Shown: in pieces, positions 1-13,947 of the stretch
How positions within the stretch are numbered: the stretch's first letter is position 1
How the letters are laid out: every line of letters begins with the position of its first letter
Assembly: GCF_001194135.2 (NCBI RefSeq)
Contig: NC_068982.1
Coordinates: forward strand, 30,904,779-30,963,977
DNA from: Octopus bimaculoides
Lineage: Eukaryota
Direction: 5' to 3'
Length of the DNA stretch: 59,199 bases
Translations under genes and position numbers: made by a program
The notes under the pieces: generated by a model
Told to the model about the DNA's origin: nothing
What the model saw: the letters and a program-made list of their open reading frames with translations, nothing else
Database searches by the model: none

Positions 1-107
1 TATATATATATAAATAAATAAAATGTATATATTATATATATGTATATAAATGTATATATTATATATATATGCATACATACATACATACAAACACACACAC
101 ACACACG

Positions 108-142
<35 letters not shown>

Positions 143-469
143 CAAATTTTAAAATAGAATGACATCTTTATAAGAATTTATCAAGTAGTCAGCGTATTCA
201 TTATGGTAGTTTTGACTTTAACAGTCCCTCATAGCATGAGGCATTTATGTATAGTAATGTCCTTAATATAAATAAATATATATATGTTAGAATGAAAAAA
301 CTACAGAAGATTTGTGCTATATGGTTAAAATATATTAAAATCGTCATGTTAGGTAAATGATATAAAATTTTTTGTACAGTGGCATTGTTTTTGTAGAAAT
401 AACCGGTTTCTCATGTATGTATATATACATATACATACATATATACATTATATATATACATATGCATCC

Positions 470-503
<34 letters not shown>

Positions 504-570
504 TCATATATTTACATATATATACACATATATACATATATGTATACCTATATATACACATATATAACAA
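1..570. repeat. (TA)n/(CA)n/(TACA)n microsatellite tracts (1-140 and about 415-570) with unique AT-rich DNA between
   Basis: Dinucleotide and tetranucleotide runs read directly; they explain the YI/HT-rich ORFs at 372-655. Confidence 0.95.
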
Positions 571-1089
571 AGTAAACTTGCAAGGTACCGCACGAGTGAA
601 AATATATAGGAAAGAGAGTTTGAAAATGCAGAGGACATATAAAGGTGCTTATTGACTTGACCGGTTTCACTTCTTAAAAAAAAAAATTAAAAGCTTTTTT
701 GTGTTAAAAAATGGTTATCATAATTGTATTAAAATAGTTATACAGTCTTTGATAATGATAAGATTGTTAAGAAATAGAATCTTTGACAATGTTGATATCA
801 GTGTAGCTCTTAGAAACTGTGCAATCGTTATCAAAATCCAGAATAGTTTTCTTGAAACCTGACTGGTGACAATATCGGAAGACCATATTTTAAAATCATT
901 GACTGAGCAACTATATTGCCTGCTATATAGCTTTATCTTTATATATCTTTATCTATGAGAGTTCTATGATTTTCCTTACAAAATAATTGCAAAACCAAAG
1001 GATAAGAAATTTACGTCTTTCTCACTTTTTCTCTCTCTCTCTCACACACACACACGCATGCACTTTTGTATATTTGTTTATATGTGTGT

Positions 1090-1545
1090 ATAGTAGTAGA
1101 GATCCGTTGGTCACGAGATGCCATGAATCTGCGCCCGAAGAAATCGTGTCAGCTCTTGATGGTGGTGCAGCGTCTATTGTTGTCGTACATGCCCACATGG
1201 GAGTAGCAATCATACATAGAGCAACTGCATTTAAAGGAGCACTCTACCGGCACTACTGGTTTTTTCCTTCCGTCGAGTGCGCTTTTCCTGTTTTTTTTCT
1301 ATCTCTCGCTTCATTCTCTTTCGCAGTATTTGTCTCCAGTGTGGGCTATCGTTTGCGACTTCGTCCCATCTCAGGGCGTCTAGATCAAGTGACTTCATAT
1401 CCCTCTTACAGACATTCTTGAAACGAAAATGAAGTCGTTCTCGTGCTCTTTAGCTGGTTGCCAATTCCCGACACAGGAAGTATTTTGGGATCCTGTCGAA
1501 CAATGAGAATGAGTGCCTAACAACGCATTGGTGGACAAAAATCTC
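1090..1545 (-). mobile_element. RTE-clade LINE 3' fragment (ORF C-terminus, Zn-finger-like tail and 3' UTR), degenerate
   Basis: Minus strand reads DRIPKYFLCRELATS*RARERLHFRFKNVCKRDMKSLDLDALRWDEVANDSPHWRQ, then FKCSCSMYDCYSHVGMYDNNRRC, matching the RTE/BovB-type C-terminus (RIPK..LYGEL..G.R..GRP.LRFKD.CKRD). It ends in a (CTA)n-like tail near 1090. Confidence 0.8.
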
Positions 1546-3711
1546 TTTATTTGTGTATTAAGGATGCCATTGGTTTCATGTTAATAAAGTTATCTTAACA
1601 TCTTAACGATTTTTAAAATATGATCACATGGATCATATTTAGGTATGTATATACATACATACACCATATGTATGTATACACATGCATTCACACATGCACG
1701 TACACACACCGCATACAAACACACACATACACACATCTATAAATTTAACTCTTTGCAGGAATCTTAAGCGTATATTATACCTCAGCTTTTTATAGAGAAC
1801 GCTTTTCAAATCTAAAAATCAAAGGTTAATTCATTACGTAGATTCATTTTCGAGCACGTTGCCTATTCTTTCTCTTATTCGCGTGTAAATTACTTACATG
1901 ACAAAGACAACAGACAGGCATATTCTTTGAAAAGTTATTATAGGAATATGATGTATCTGATCTAAGTTGTAACTTACTGACAAAGTAATTGAGTTGTATG
2001 TCGTTACATCCGTTAGGTAAGCATATTTGGGTTTCTTCCCCTTTGGTCCTGAATAGGTTACTTTCCCTTGTAGTAATCCTTTTGACAGCAAGCCGGAACA
2101 CCAATGGTGTTTGTAAGATACAAACTTCCCGTGATCAAACTTCTATAAAAATTCTTAATAATTCTTAATAATAACACAGTCATTATATTCAATTCTTCAT
2201 TATTTTCAAAAGTAATTTAAACAAATGCATCATTTTCCATAGAAATATGGTAGGTAAAGTTTTTGTAACAGCTATTGTAAGAAACTCCTACTGAAAACAT
2301 TTTTATCCCAAGAATTCATACGGAGATATTTCAGCTTGCTTTTATTATAATTGAAACAATTTAAAAGGCAAAGTGGATGTATCTCTTTAAACACTGACAA
2401 CTAGTAACCTTCAGGTGATCAAGCCAAACGTTATATTTTTCATGTGAAGATTTATTTTAGCAATTGTAAAAGAGAGCCGAATATTTTAATCAGTCACCAT
2501 TCATCCGGCACAACCCGTCCGGTTCCTTTTAGACACGCCCGACTGCGACTAAAATATTCAATATTTATTTGAACATTTATCGTAGAAAACCAGCTTTAAA
2601 AAATCGCATTAGAAAAAATTATTTCAGGAAGTATTAGAAACGTCTTAACAGGGAGAGAGAGAATATTTAATTTAATGAACAAAGTTCACAAGCAAAGAAA
2701 GAACTCTTTCGTAGAAAATTATGGCACTGTTACAGAAATGTAAATTAATTTAAAATCCGGTATTGCGTAATTAAGACAAAACCCGATATAATTAATTATT
2801 CAATGGTCGTTCAACCTCAAATAATCAAATTGCGTCTGCTATTATATTAACGCACTGAAATTGTGGACAAATTATTTATTCATTCATCTTATTCGTGTGT
2901 GCATGCGTGTCTTCAAAAGATTCAATGATCGCACTGATACTTTCACAAACAATATCTTCACTGGGGGATGTGGGGAAAAGTAAAAGAGAAAAATGGATTA
3001 ATTCAGTATGTTTTTTTTTTAATTTGTCCTTTTTATTTCTAAATGCACAGTTAAGGTTCCTTGTTATGCAGACATACAAATATTCGATTATCGTATTTGA
3101 TAAAGATATTATTAAAATCTAGGAATAGACCGTGTAATTTAATGCTTCTCTGTCTATTCATGAGGAATTTATCAACGGATGTATCTTTCTCTGTATGTGA
3201 GCACGCACACATACAGCAGCATTTTAGACATGCTACCGGTAGAATTTCTATTAGATCGATGGTTCTGCTAGAAATAACAGAAAATATCCTGTCGTCTTTA
3301 AAAAAAGGAAGGGCAGATTGCATGCTGATATTTAAAAATAAGAAAATTGTCACAAATGGATCATCATTGATGAGACGTTTGCCTATCACAAATGACGTCG
3401 CCTCAACTACAGAAACAACCATACAAACAGTAGATAAAATCACACGTAAATTAAAAGAGCTCCATTGAAGCTAGCGATAAAATTATGAGGATAATAAAAC
3501 TGTATATTATTTATTTGACACAATATATATTGTAGGAAGATTTTGTCAATATCTCTAAACTGCTAATGAATTAAAAGGAAAATAGCTATCAATGCATACT
3601 TCTACCAACGAATTGGAATGTGTCACATCCATTGTCACAACAGGGCATTGATCCTTTGAAAATGGAAGAAACATTTTGAGAACTAATTATGACAGTTGAC
3701 ATTATGGTTAA

Positions 3712-4095
3712 TGCGGTGGGCTGGCAGAATCGTTACCACGCTCAACAAAAATGCTTAACAGCATTTCTTTTTGCCTTTACAGTCTGAGTTCAAATACCAT
3801 TCAGGTTGACTTTGCATTTCATCTTTTGGGATCAATAAAATAAGTACTAGACGAGCACCTATGCCCATATAACAGATTTACTCTGCTCCTAAAAATTGCT
3901 GGCCTTGTACAAAAGTTCCCAACTATTATTAAAGCAGAATCCTTAGCACGGGGAATAAAATGCTTAGCGTCAACTTTACCAGTCATTCATCCGAGATCCG
4001 TAACGTAAATTCGTAGTGAACTTCTGGGGTTGATATAATCGACAATTATCTTTTCCAGTTTCAGGTTTTGTGCCTATGTTAGAAACTTTTATTTA
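3712..4095 (+). mobile_element. Two degenerate tRNA-derived SINE copies (family B), head to tail
   Basis: Head ggtgggctggcagaatcgttacc (A box) and ctgagttcaaat (B box), central ggttgactttgcatttcatc, and tail aaaattgctggccttgtac...attatt, shared with about 20 copies in the window. Confidence 0.8.
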
Positions 4096-7039
4096 GGGAG
4101 AAAAATTGGAAAAATTATTTTAATATGACACCATTTGCTCTCCTTAAAGTTGCTAGCTTTGTGTTTAATCTAAATTAGAAGCAACGTTAACTGTCAGATT
4201 GTGTTTAGTTATGGTTGTTTGCATTTTTTATTTCAAATCCCATTTATGTCAATTGCTGACTTTGAGTCCAATTCAGAAGCCATTATTAGAGTTCAAACGA
4301 CTTTTCAATTTACCTTTTTTCAAGGTAAATTTTGCTTTCCATCGTTTCACGAATGAGAAAACAAAGTACTAGGATATATTGGAGCTGATGACAACGACTA
4401 AACACTCTTCTTAACATTTTTAGTTTCGTACCTGGATCAGGAACCATTATGAGATAAGATTTAGTTTGTAGCCTAAGTTCAAATACCACTGACATCACCA
4501 TCGCATTTTATCCTTCCAGTTTTGTTATCTGTAGTGCGAATTATGTCATGTTTGCATCTCCAGCCTGGACAGTTGTAACGTCCTAATTTCCAGCATATGT
4601 TTATACTTTGATTTCTTTTTTTGTCTTGAAAGATAGAAGCACTTTTGACATATACAGAATAATAGATTACATGTGAATCATATATTGTCTAGGGTTTCTT
4701 TCATGATTTTTAAGGCATATTAATTACTTCTTCAGCTTTTGCAAAGTTGAAGTGTATAAACTGCTTCTTTGTCCTTTCTTGAACAAATTACTCAGGCACA
4801 GGCAGAGAAGCGCACACATTTATGATGCATCACTACCACGATTCTTCTGGCGATTGGATTCAACGTATGCCTAAAACTTCCCTTTCGCTTGCAATTTTAG
4901 TAAAGACGCTGCTTGTTTATATCATACAATTTTGCGTTGGTGGAGTTGTTGGTACAAATTTTGTTTATGTCGTAGAAATTAAGGTTTCCAAGAGACAAAA
5001 TGTGATACTTAAAAAATATCTGCGTAAGCAATACGTTAAAAATTCCATTTTTTGTGGAATGCGTTTTTCTCAAAATTTCAAAACAACCTTCAAACCAACA
5101 TGAAACCCTTTACGCAGTCACTCAGTTGGCTTTAGAATGGTAGACAATACTTGTTATTCGTATCCTGCAGCTATACAAACGGATACGCTGGCTGTGTATT
5201 CGTAGATTTAGAAAAATACTGCAAGGGAAAGTTTGGAAAGTCTTTGATCATGTCGGTTCAGCTATGTTTGTTTCGTGTTGAACAACATTAATAGCAGCAA
5301 CGAAGAAACTAACAACAACAACAGTCAAAACAATAACAATCCTCAAGTTTTTGCATTGAGCAATATTCATTAACGTTATAGAAGTATATCAGACATTTAC
5401 TAAAGAAAAATTAAAAACATTTTGGGAATCAAATACACATGCTAGTTGTTGCTGTTGTTTAATATCAACTCGGCTTTACTTGAAGGGTTCTGTGATCATA
5501 GGCATTCTGGCTGTAGCCATCCATTTCTTCCTATGTGCACAGAACTTAGAGGCCCATTACCAATGTACCCTTTTTCCAAGATGAGGGGGTGTGATTTGAG
5601 AAAGAAAAAAAATTGACAACTGTTTGTAATAGATCATACGACCACATAGTGGATCTCTCGTCAGATTGTTTAAAAGCTTGTTAGAAATCTGTCTTAACAA
5701 CAGAAAATGCGTTGTTGTTGTCGTTGATGTTGTTGTTGTTACCGGCATTGACGCTTCTATTGGCGTTGATTTCATTGCTACTGTTTATGTTGGCAGCTAC
5801 ATCGTATGAAAGTGAAAAGTCATCTCATCAAAATATTGCAGTATTTGACTCGGTCCATGTTCTGAACAGGTTCGGAATTTGGGAAGGTCCTTTGATAGGC
5901 AACATTTAAAATTTCTAGTGTTTGTCATTTCACACATAATGAAGCTAGATAAGGTCAACCTCCAGTAAGCCGTCATATAATCGGAGCAAAGTATATAGAT
6001 GGCTGTTACTGGGAGAACAACAATGATTCACAAATATAGACTAAAACACATCTACATAATATCTTATCATTTGCTTAAACATTTGCAAAAAGAAAATCCC
6101 TATTAAAAGGTACACCCAAATCCTTATTGACTAACACCTTATTTACAAAATAGTAGTGGGAGATGTGAAAATACAGAAAAAAATATACTTGTTTACGTCA
6201 ACCACAGGACGGTTTCTGGATTCAGTTTCAAATGACTGGCTCAAAAAATACTGAATTTGGGTAAACTCGATATCACAATGAATAGAGAAGTATGTAGATT
6301 GTTATCAGTGCAACCAATAACTTGGTGGTTGAAGCCCTAACCACTCAGAAATATCTACTAAGATTTTGTGAAGTGACAGTATAGCTGATTTTCATATGCT
6401 CGTTGCCTTTCAGATATCTCAAAAACATAAAAAGATGCATAATTTAAAGTTATATGGTGGAAAAGGGTTCAAACTGGAAAACCTCATCAGTATTATCAAA
6501 CAATTAAAAGATTATTTACTTTAATATAGTATCGTTTACGTTTACTAACAAGAAATAGAGGCAAGCGTATATGAAACAAACCAACAGAAACATAAGGCAT
6601 TATTTTTTTAATTTAAAGAGAAATGTTTTAGCATGCAACTTCTACTCTTTCACTCGAGGTGGAAGTTGCAGTGTCTGACACTGGCGGCTGTTGACGTTAC
6701 GACCACCAATCCCATCATTACTATTATCACTGTTATCGGAGTCACGTGCGCTAACGAAAATGAAGGATGTGATTGCAGAAACGATAGGTCAAGCAAAAAT
6801 AGAAGAAAATTCATGGCATCTTCAACAGATGACACCACCACCAGCACCACTACCACCACCACCACCAGATGCATCAGCATTCTCGGGAACATTGTTGCCG
6901 CTAGCAACTCCGAGAGTAATACAAGGAAGAGAGACAATACCAACAATATTAAAAATACCAGCACCAGCACCAGCACAACCACCACCACCACCACCACCAC
7001 CACCATCACCACCACCAAGTACCAGTTATTATTTGTTCT

Positions 7040-7205
7040 GGGTCTTTACTTTCTGAGTTCAAAACTCACCGCGGTCAATTTTCTCTTTCATCCGATTGGG
7101 GTTCGATAAAACTAGTACAGTTACGTACTGGGGTCGATGTAATCAACTTATCGCCACCCTCAAATTTTCAGACCTTGTACCTAAAATAGAAGGAATGATT
7201 ATTTT
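7040..7205 (+). mobile_element. SINE family B fragment
   Basis: tctgagttcaaa...ggggttcgataaa...ggggtcgatgtaatcaactta...gaccttgtacc. Confidence 0.75.
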
Positions 7206-8438
7206 TTGCAGTAGTAGTATCAGAAGAAGAAGAATGATACATGTTCCCATTGTACGATAAGAGTGACTGGAATGAGTGATCAATGTTAATGAATGATTTG
7301 GAAGAACATTCTTGTTTCATTTATATATAGAAGATTATCATATTTTCTCGTGCCTCTCTATGTATTGACAACCTGTCCTTTACAGATGTTTGTCTTGTAT
7401 TATTCAAGCTATACCAGTTACACACGGAATTATGGGCATATTTCTTGCGAATCAAGTTTTTAATTCAATATCAAAGCAAATATAATTTCTTAGCTTCTCG
7501 GTTTGATTCCACACGATATAATTTTCACGTGGTTTGCTATAACAGCATTCTGTTTCTTTCTCCTTCTCATCTTCTCCTTCTCATCATGAACAGTAGCACT
7601 ACTACGGCTGCAACCAACACGAAAACCAACACGAAAACAACCACCACCAACACCACCNNNNNNNNNNNNNNNNNNNNNNNNNNNNNNNNNNNNNNNNNNN
7701 NNNNNNNNNNNNNNNNNNNNNNNNNNNNNNNNNNNNNNNNNNNNNNNNNNNNNNNNNNNNNNNNNNNNNNNNNNNNNNNNNNNNNNNNNNNNNNNNNNNN
7801 NNNNNNNNNNNNNNNNNNNNNNNNNNNNNNNNNNNNNNNNNNNNNNNACTATTACAATCATCATAACACCACAGACTATGTTTACTCCTCTTAAAACATT
7901 TAAAACGAATACTTGAATTTAAAAAAAGAGAGTGAAACAGCAAAAGATCTGTTTTGAAAAATTAAGAATATAGGCACATAACATCTGTGTGTAAAAGGAT
8001 AAATAAATTAAATTCAAATATGAAATAAAAGCAACACTAGTGTAATAAGCATTATAGACCATACATACTTAACGTAAATGTTTTGTGTAGATTTGGGGTG
8101 AGTTGTCTCGCTTGTCCATGGCTTTCCAGTGTTTTAACCCCAGGAACTGTGAGAGAGTAATCTCCACCACGCTGCCGCAGCCTACCGGCAAATATTTGGG
8201 ACTTATACTTTAAGCATGTGTGATTGATAATGTTTATATAACATTGAAATTGAAATAACATTTCCAACATTGACTCAGGCTGCTGGAATTAGAATATGCT
8301 GCAAGTGTAGTTTCGGTAAATATCCCCTTAAATAAAGTAAGGTAGATGTAGTCATATGTGAAGAAGATAATTATTTCTTGTGGATACTGAAGGATATTAC
8401 TCTACTGAAATAGCAGAGCATCAGACATAATGCTTTAG

Positions 8439-8820
8439 AATATTTGGTGCTACTTTAGAGGGTGATCTACAACTTCAACGCGATTACTTTACGTTAGTTT
8501 TTAGCGTCTTTACGTTGCAAAACTCGCGGCTGCCATACCTGTGTGATCTACGCGCTCATTTTAATTATTATATTGTTTATTATTGGTCTTTTATTACTAT
8601 TTACTAAGACATAAATGAGACATAGTTTTATTATTATTAAAATAGTAAGAATTTTGAAAAATTTCATTCACAGTGCTAAATATGTAGAAAAGAATTTATT
8701 GTAAAAATTTGTTTAGTCATCATCTTAAGGGTTTTTAGAAATTAAAAAGTAAACTTAGATGTAACCTAAAGTAATCACCCTTTAAGTTGTAGATCACACG
8801 CCAAAGTAGCACCGAATATT
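8439..8820. mobile_element. MITE / non-autonomous DNA transposon with about 60-bp imperfect TIRs, possibly TA TSD (Tc1/mariner-like)
   Basis: Left aatatttggtgctactttagagggtgatctacaacttcaacgcgattacttta is the reverse complement of right taaagtaatcaccctttaagttgtagatcacacgccaaagtagcaccgaatatt. Both ends sit in aaTAtt. Confidence 0.7.
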
Positions 8821-9696
8821 TAATAAGTCACATTTTTGTTCAGAGTTCAAATCTTATTGGGGTCAATTTTGCATTTTATTCTTCTGTTGTTGGTAAAATA
8901 AGTATCAGGAATGTACTGGGATTGATACAGTCTATTTGTACCTTACCCTAAAATTTGTGATACTGTGTCTCAACTTAGAAATCATTGTTTGAAGTATATT
9001 ACAAAGCTTTTAGTTAAACTGAAAAACTAACGACTTGTTCTTACAGACCTACAGATATTTAATAATGTGGAGTTCTCTTAGGACTGGAAACATTAAGATG
9101 ATCTCTTTTTATGTGACACATCTTCAAAATTAACAAGGAAAGGGCCATTGATTGAAGAATGACGCCTGAAACTAATCGCTTTATGGGACTGATTATCTGA
9201 ATACATCTAATACAGTGATAGTGGAGATACTCTGAAGAGTATGTAATAAAATGGAATGTTGTCAGGCTTGGAAGTACTAATATGAACGCTTTTTGTGTGA
9301 GGAAAGCGCTCAACCATTTTACTAAGATCAAAAGAGTGTTCTTAAAGGATAACATCGCTAAAATGTCACTGACGTATTGTAATACCTTATATTTTCAGTG
9401 TTTTGGGAGTATTGTTATGCATAAAGATGGTTACATAATAACAGAGTATCATTCTTAGTAAAGGAGGGAACTCAAAATAATATCTCCATACAGCGTTTTA
9501 AATATAAAAGTTTGTTAATGAAGATAGCTAAAACAATAAAAAGAGTATATATACATAAACAAAGACATTTTTACATATGCATTAACTAACATTTATTTGA
9601 GGAATATCTCTCTGATATGTATTCTATGAAAGTTTAATTATAAAAAAAAATCCCCGGCATGCATTATTCTATGCAACTTGAGCATAGAAATCTAAT

Positions 9697-9902
9697 ATTA
9701 GTTTCAAATTTTGGCACAAGGCCGAGGGCAGGTCAAGTCAATTAAATCGACCCCAGTACTTAACTGGTACTCATTTAATCGACCTCAAAATGATGAAGGC
9801 AAAGTCAACCTCGGCGGAATTTAATCTCAGAACATAAAGACAGAAGAAATGCCCCAAAGCATTTTGCCCGGTTTGCTAAGAATTTCGCCTGCTCACCGTC
9901 TT
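9697..9902 (-). mobile_element. SINE family B, full length
   Basis: Reverse complement of the family B consensus (aaatcgaccccagtac...aaagtcaacctcggcggaattt...gctcaccg). Confidence 0.85.
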
Positions 9903-11769
9903 ATTCCTTTCTAACATTGACTCTCAAATATTAGATCATGGACTGGCGTAGGTCATTTCTTGGAACCGCTTTTGGAAAATTATCATAGGGTAATACACTA
10001 AAACAGTGGTATGATGAGGCAATGTGATTGCCGGAACGAACCAGTTGAACGATGGATGTTATTTATTTTTCTTTATTCAAGATATACTAGCCACAAATAG
10101 AATGATGGACACGTTTCCTGTATACCAAGATTTTAATTCTATTTCACAGCCAATTTGTTAGCTTCCCAGCTTGAGTCTGCACGATTTTGTAGTCACTAAA
10201 TTTGATATTATAACAATCGTCACAATATTCCCCCTCCTCTTCCCATCATCACCATGAGAAGCAGCAGCCACATCACCACCACCACCACCACCAAAACTAC
10301 CGATACAGTCACTACCAGTTCCAGCTCCACCAGAACCCCGCCACCATTATCACCAGCAGTATCACCATCATCAACTTCACTATCGTCACTGTCATCAAAA
10401 GAAACAACCGCTCTCCATCACCATTATTATGACTGGCACAAAAAATTATTGTTTCCAATGGTATTTTACAAACAAGTCCTCTCATTGCCAGACATTAAAA
10501 AAAGAAGAAAAAAAAAACTAAAGAAGAAAACACGCATTTAGATAGAACACAACAATATGATTACGCTTTTAGTTGCTTTAATCATTTAATTAAAGCCCAC
10601 AGGTTTGAATATGACAACGAAATGCTTTGAGAGATTTTCACATGCAAAGATATCATGCTTGTTAATGAAACTAAGGGAAAATACTTTGTAAAATGTAGGA
10701 ATCTGGATATACAATGATTACATTACACATGCTAACTAAGTTTATTGTCAATGTTCACTCAGAATATTGTAGGATTAGCAATTAGAAGCTGATCCTTTCT
10801 GTAAATGATATGGAAAGTAGAACGTCTGTTTGGAGAGAAATGAATAGGATATAATTGGAAATAATACAGTTTATTTTGTAAATTGTTTTATTTTAAATTG
10901 ATTGTAATCTTCTCACAGACTTTTCTGTCTAATGTATTTGTTACTAATTGGCCATTTACAACATGCCAAATTTAATTTATAATAACGGAAAAATAAATAA
11001 TTAAGTAAATTGTTTTATTTGGTTTTACTATCAAGTATGTGGGACTAAAAAGACGTCGAAATTTATCTGTTCATAAGCAAAGAAATTTCAACTACTCTTC
11101 CACTACATATTTGAAAGTTAAACTAAATTATGCAAGGTTTTGTGTACTTTTACATCTCTTTAAGCTGCTTTAAATAAGAGAATAGAAAGAAAAAATAACA
11201 CATGTCGACTTCAAATTTATTGAGAAATATGTAATCGTTTATTAGGTGTAATTTTTCGTTTAGAAAACTTGAACTAAGAAATTAAACATTTTAAAATATA
11301 GCTGTTTTTTCATTCTTAGCTCCAGTTCAACTCTGATTGACTGAGTACAATCAAATTCGTTCAAACAGTGTCCTTCGTAATTTGTTCACAGATATCCCCT
11401 CCGTTCATACAAATAAGGATTATGACATTCTTTTTCATGCACGTAGCCGGAAGTTGCTGTCAAGTTTTTGTATCCAGTGCACTAGTGGCTCTGAACTTTC
11501 TCAATTCGCTCTTCTCTTCCCCTTCTGTTCTTAGTTTGCTTAGGAATTACGACTCCTTTTTATATGAGACCGCATCAGCTAGACCTTTCAACTTCAAGAT
11601 ACTCGCATGATTCTAAATTAACAAAGTTAACAAAGTCGCCTGAGAAGCACTTGGGAGCATCCTTGTATTATTTTTACTGTTCACCGACAGAATCCCCACT
11701 ACCTACTCACTAACTCCCCGTAGAAACGATGTTTCTGAAGCCGTTTTTCATCTATTCTGGCAGAGAAAA

Positions 11770-12305
11770 AACTGATCCCCAAATGCAGAACAACCAACAC
11801 AGCAAACCACTACCGGCCAATTGCATGCCAGAACTTAATGTATAAGAAGGATAATCCCGAGGACAAAGAAATAAGAACCCACAATATGGTAGAAGCCATA
11901 GCCACTCATGATAAAAAAGAATACTGGTAGAATATACCAGTGAAGACCTTAATAAAACGTAGGCACAACAGACCTGATATAATGATTTGGGATAGAGAAG
12001 AGAAACTGTGCACAGTTGCGAAAATTAGCTGCCCAGCGGATGTTAACACAAAGCTGAAGATCAGTGCAGAGGAGAACACCTATGCTAAACTATTGAGAAA
12101 TTTGCAGTTACTCTATCCAGATTACAAGTTTAGGTTTATACCTGCAATTATTGGAGCCCTGGGATATGTAACACTTCCTAAATACCAATCTTGAGAAATT
12201 AGGCTTCTTAAACCATGAAGGAGAAAGCTAATTCGAAGACTACAGATTCAATCCATCATTGGAACTGTAAAAATCTGTAAAACTTTTCAGAAGTTTATCA
12301 TTTAG
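11770..12305 (+). mobile_element. R4/Dong-clade non-LTR element, internally deleted (RT start fused to RLE domain)
   Basis: IPKCRTTNTANHYRPIACQNLMYK (RT N-terminal motif) runs into HNRPDIMIWDREEKLCTVAKISCPADVN...EENTYAKLL...FIPAIIGALG...GTVKICKTFQKFII* (PD-(D/E)xK restriction-like endonuclease C-terminus). Confidence 0.85.
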
Positions 12306-12339
12306 ATATATATGAGCATGTCTAGATATGCAACTATAT

Positions 12340-12552
12340 GCATGAGAATACATACATAAAACATATATACATACATACATACATACATACATGCATACAT
12401 ACATACATACATACATACATACATACATACATACATACATACATGCATGCATGCATGCATACATACATACATACATACATACATACATACATGCATACAT
12501 GCATGCATACATGCATACATACATACATACATACATACATACATACATACAT
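12340..12552. repeat. (TACA)n/(TGCA) microsatellite
   Basis: Direct reading; it explains the MYVC/HTYI ORFs. Confidence 0.95.
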
Positions 12553-12564
12553 CCAAACAAACAA

Positions 12565-12825
12565 AAATACTCCCGTTGTTGATGTTGTAATTCCATTGAA
12601 AGAGACTTGGATCTAGTCTAGATATCGGTTCTTTCTCTATTAACAAGACACCTTGAGATAAATTGAATAATGAAATACGTACATAGATACATACATATAT
12701 ACAAAAGTACTCTGTTGATGTTGTTGAAATTCCAATGAAGGAGCCTTGGATATAGGTTAGAAATCGGTTCTTTCTGTATAGGGAAGAAATCTTGAAATAG
12801 AACTGAATAATGACATGCATACATA
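12565..12825. repeat. Two diverged tandem copies of an about 125-bp unit (possibly Penelope pseudo-LTR derived), separated by TACA tracts
   Basis: tactcccgttgttgatgttgtaattccattgaaagagacttggatctagtctagatatcggttctttctctat versus tactctgttgatgttgttgaaattccaatgaaggagccttggatataggttagaaatcggttctttctgtat. The Penelope origin is inference. Confidence 0.7.
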
Positions 12826-13532
12826 CATATATATACACACATACACGCGCACATGCTCGTACGCTCGCACACGCACACGCACACGCATACGCACACACAT
12901 TCCTGTAAAGTTATATTTAACTCGTTCGAGCAAATTCGAACATGGGAAGACGTTTTGTTGCGGACACAGTTTTGGTACAAAGTTCTCCTCCTAAACATGT
13001 ACGAAAATACATTTAGCTTTGAACGACGACATTGATTAGTAGGGCGCATCTTTTTCTGCGTTCTTTCACGACATCGTCTACAAACATCAAATCATCTTTC
13101 CCTAGTGCGAAAAGACATGATTTGTTTATGTATTAGAACAGCAAACGGAACGTGATTATTATCCATCTCTCTCTGTTTTAGTACAACTTTTGTGTTGTCA
13201 TTAATAACGAACTCATTACCATTATTCTCTTCATTGATCTAATCAGAAAAATCATAATTATGAAAACTGAAAATATAGTCACACGTTGAGACTGGGGACT
13301 TCATAGACACAATTGTCTGAGCAGCAAAACGATTCTAATTCCCACACATTATCAATGTCGCATAAGACAAGCATTGATAAAACTAAGATATTTCCGTAAT
13401 AAAATATTTGTCAATTACTTAGATTTCCATTTCTTAAAGTTACGTTTGGGAGTGTTTCACGCAAAAATCTCAATACACCATTACGCATGACAAATAAAAA
13501 AAGTCAAATATAACAATTATTAGAATAAGCTA

Positions 13533-13947
13533 TACTCTTTTTTACACTTTTACTCTTTTACTTGTTTCAGTCATTTGACTGCAGCCATGCTGGAGCACCG
13601 CCTTTAGTCGAACAGTTCGACCCCAGGACTTATTCTTTCTAAGCCTAGTACTTATACTATCGGTCTTTTTGCCAAACGCTAAGTTACGGGGACGTAAACA
13701 CACCAAGATCGGTTGTCAAGCGATAGTGGGGGACAAACACAGACACACGAACATATACATGCACACGCACGCACGCATATACGATGGACTTCATTTCCAG
13801 TTTCCGTCTATCAAATCCACACACAAGGCTTTGGTAGGCTCGAGGCTATGGTAGAAGACATTTGCCCAAGGTGCCATGCAGTGGGACTGAACCCGGAACC
13901 ATGTGGTTGGGAAGCAAACTTCTTACCACACAGCCACGCCTGCACCT
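13533..13947 (-). mobile_element. tRNA-derived CORE-type SINE (family A), full length
   Basis: Minus-strand head ggtgcaggcgtggctgtgtgg (A box)...ggttcagtccc (B box), then a CORE-like ggcaccttgggcaaatgtcttctac, an internal (TG)n and tail tgactgaaacaagtaaaagagtaaaa. Confidence 0.9.

Noticed and set aside
560-960. Penelope remnant or hammerhead (gtgaaaccggtcaagtcaataa on the minus strand)
   Set aside because: The GAAAC half is present but there is no CUGANGA core or convincing GIY-YIG translation.
1894-2091. LLQGKVTYSGPKGKKPK as an RTE C-terminal motif
   Set aside because: It is only a faint resemblance to QGK..GKR.RGRP, with no second motif.
3051-3468. 130-135 aa ORFs on both strands
   Set aside because: No recognisable motif, overlapping antisense ORFs of similar length and no convincing splice sites; I cannot support a CDS.
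4310-4564. Minus-strand exon (acceptor near 4565, donor gtaaat near 4313)
   Set aside because: All three frames across the putative exon contain stops, and there is no recognisable product.
6633-7109. Pro-rich, Thr-rich and Val-rich overlapping ORFs (formin- or mucin-like)
   Set aside because: All three frames are open because of (ACC)n low complexity; there is no domain or splice support.
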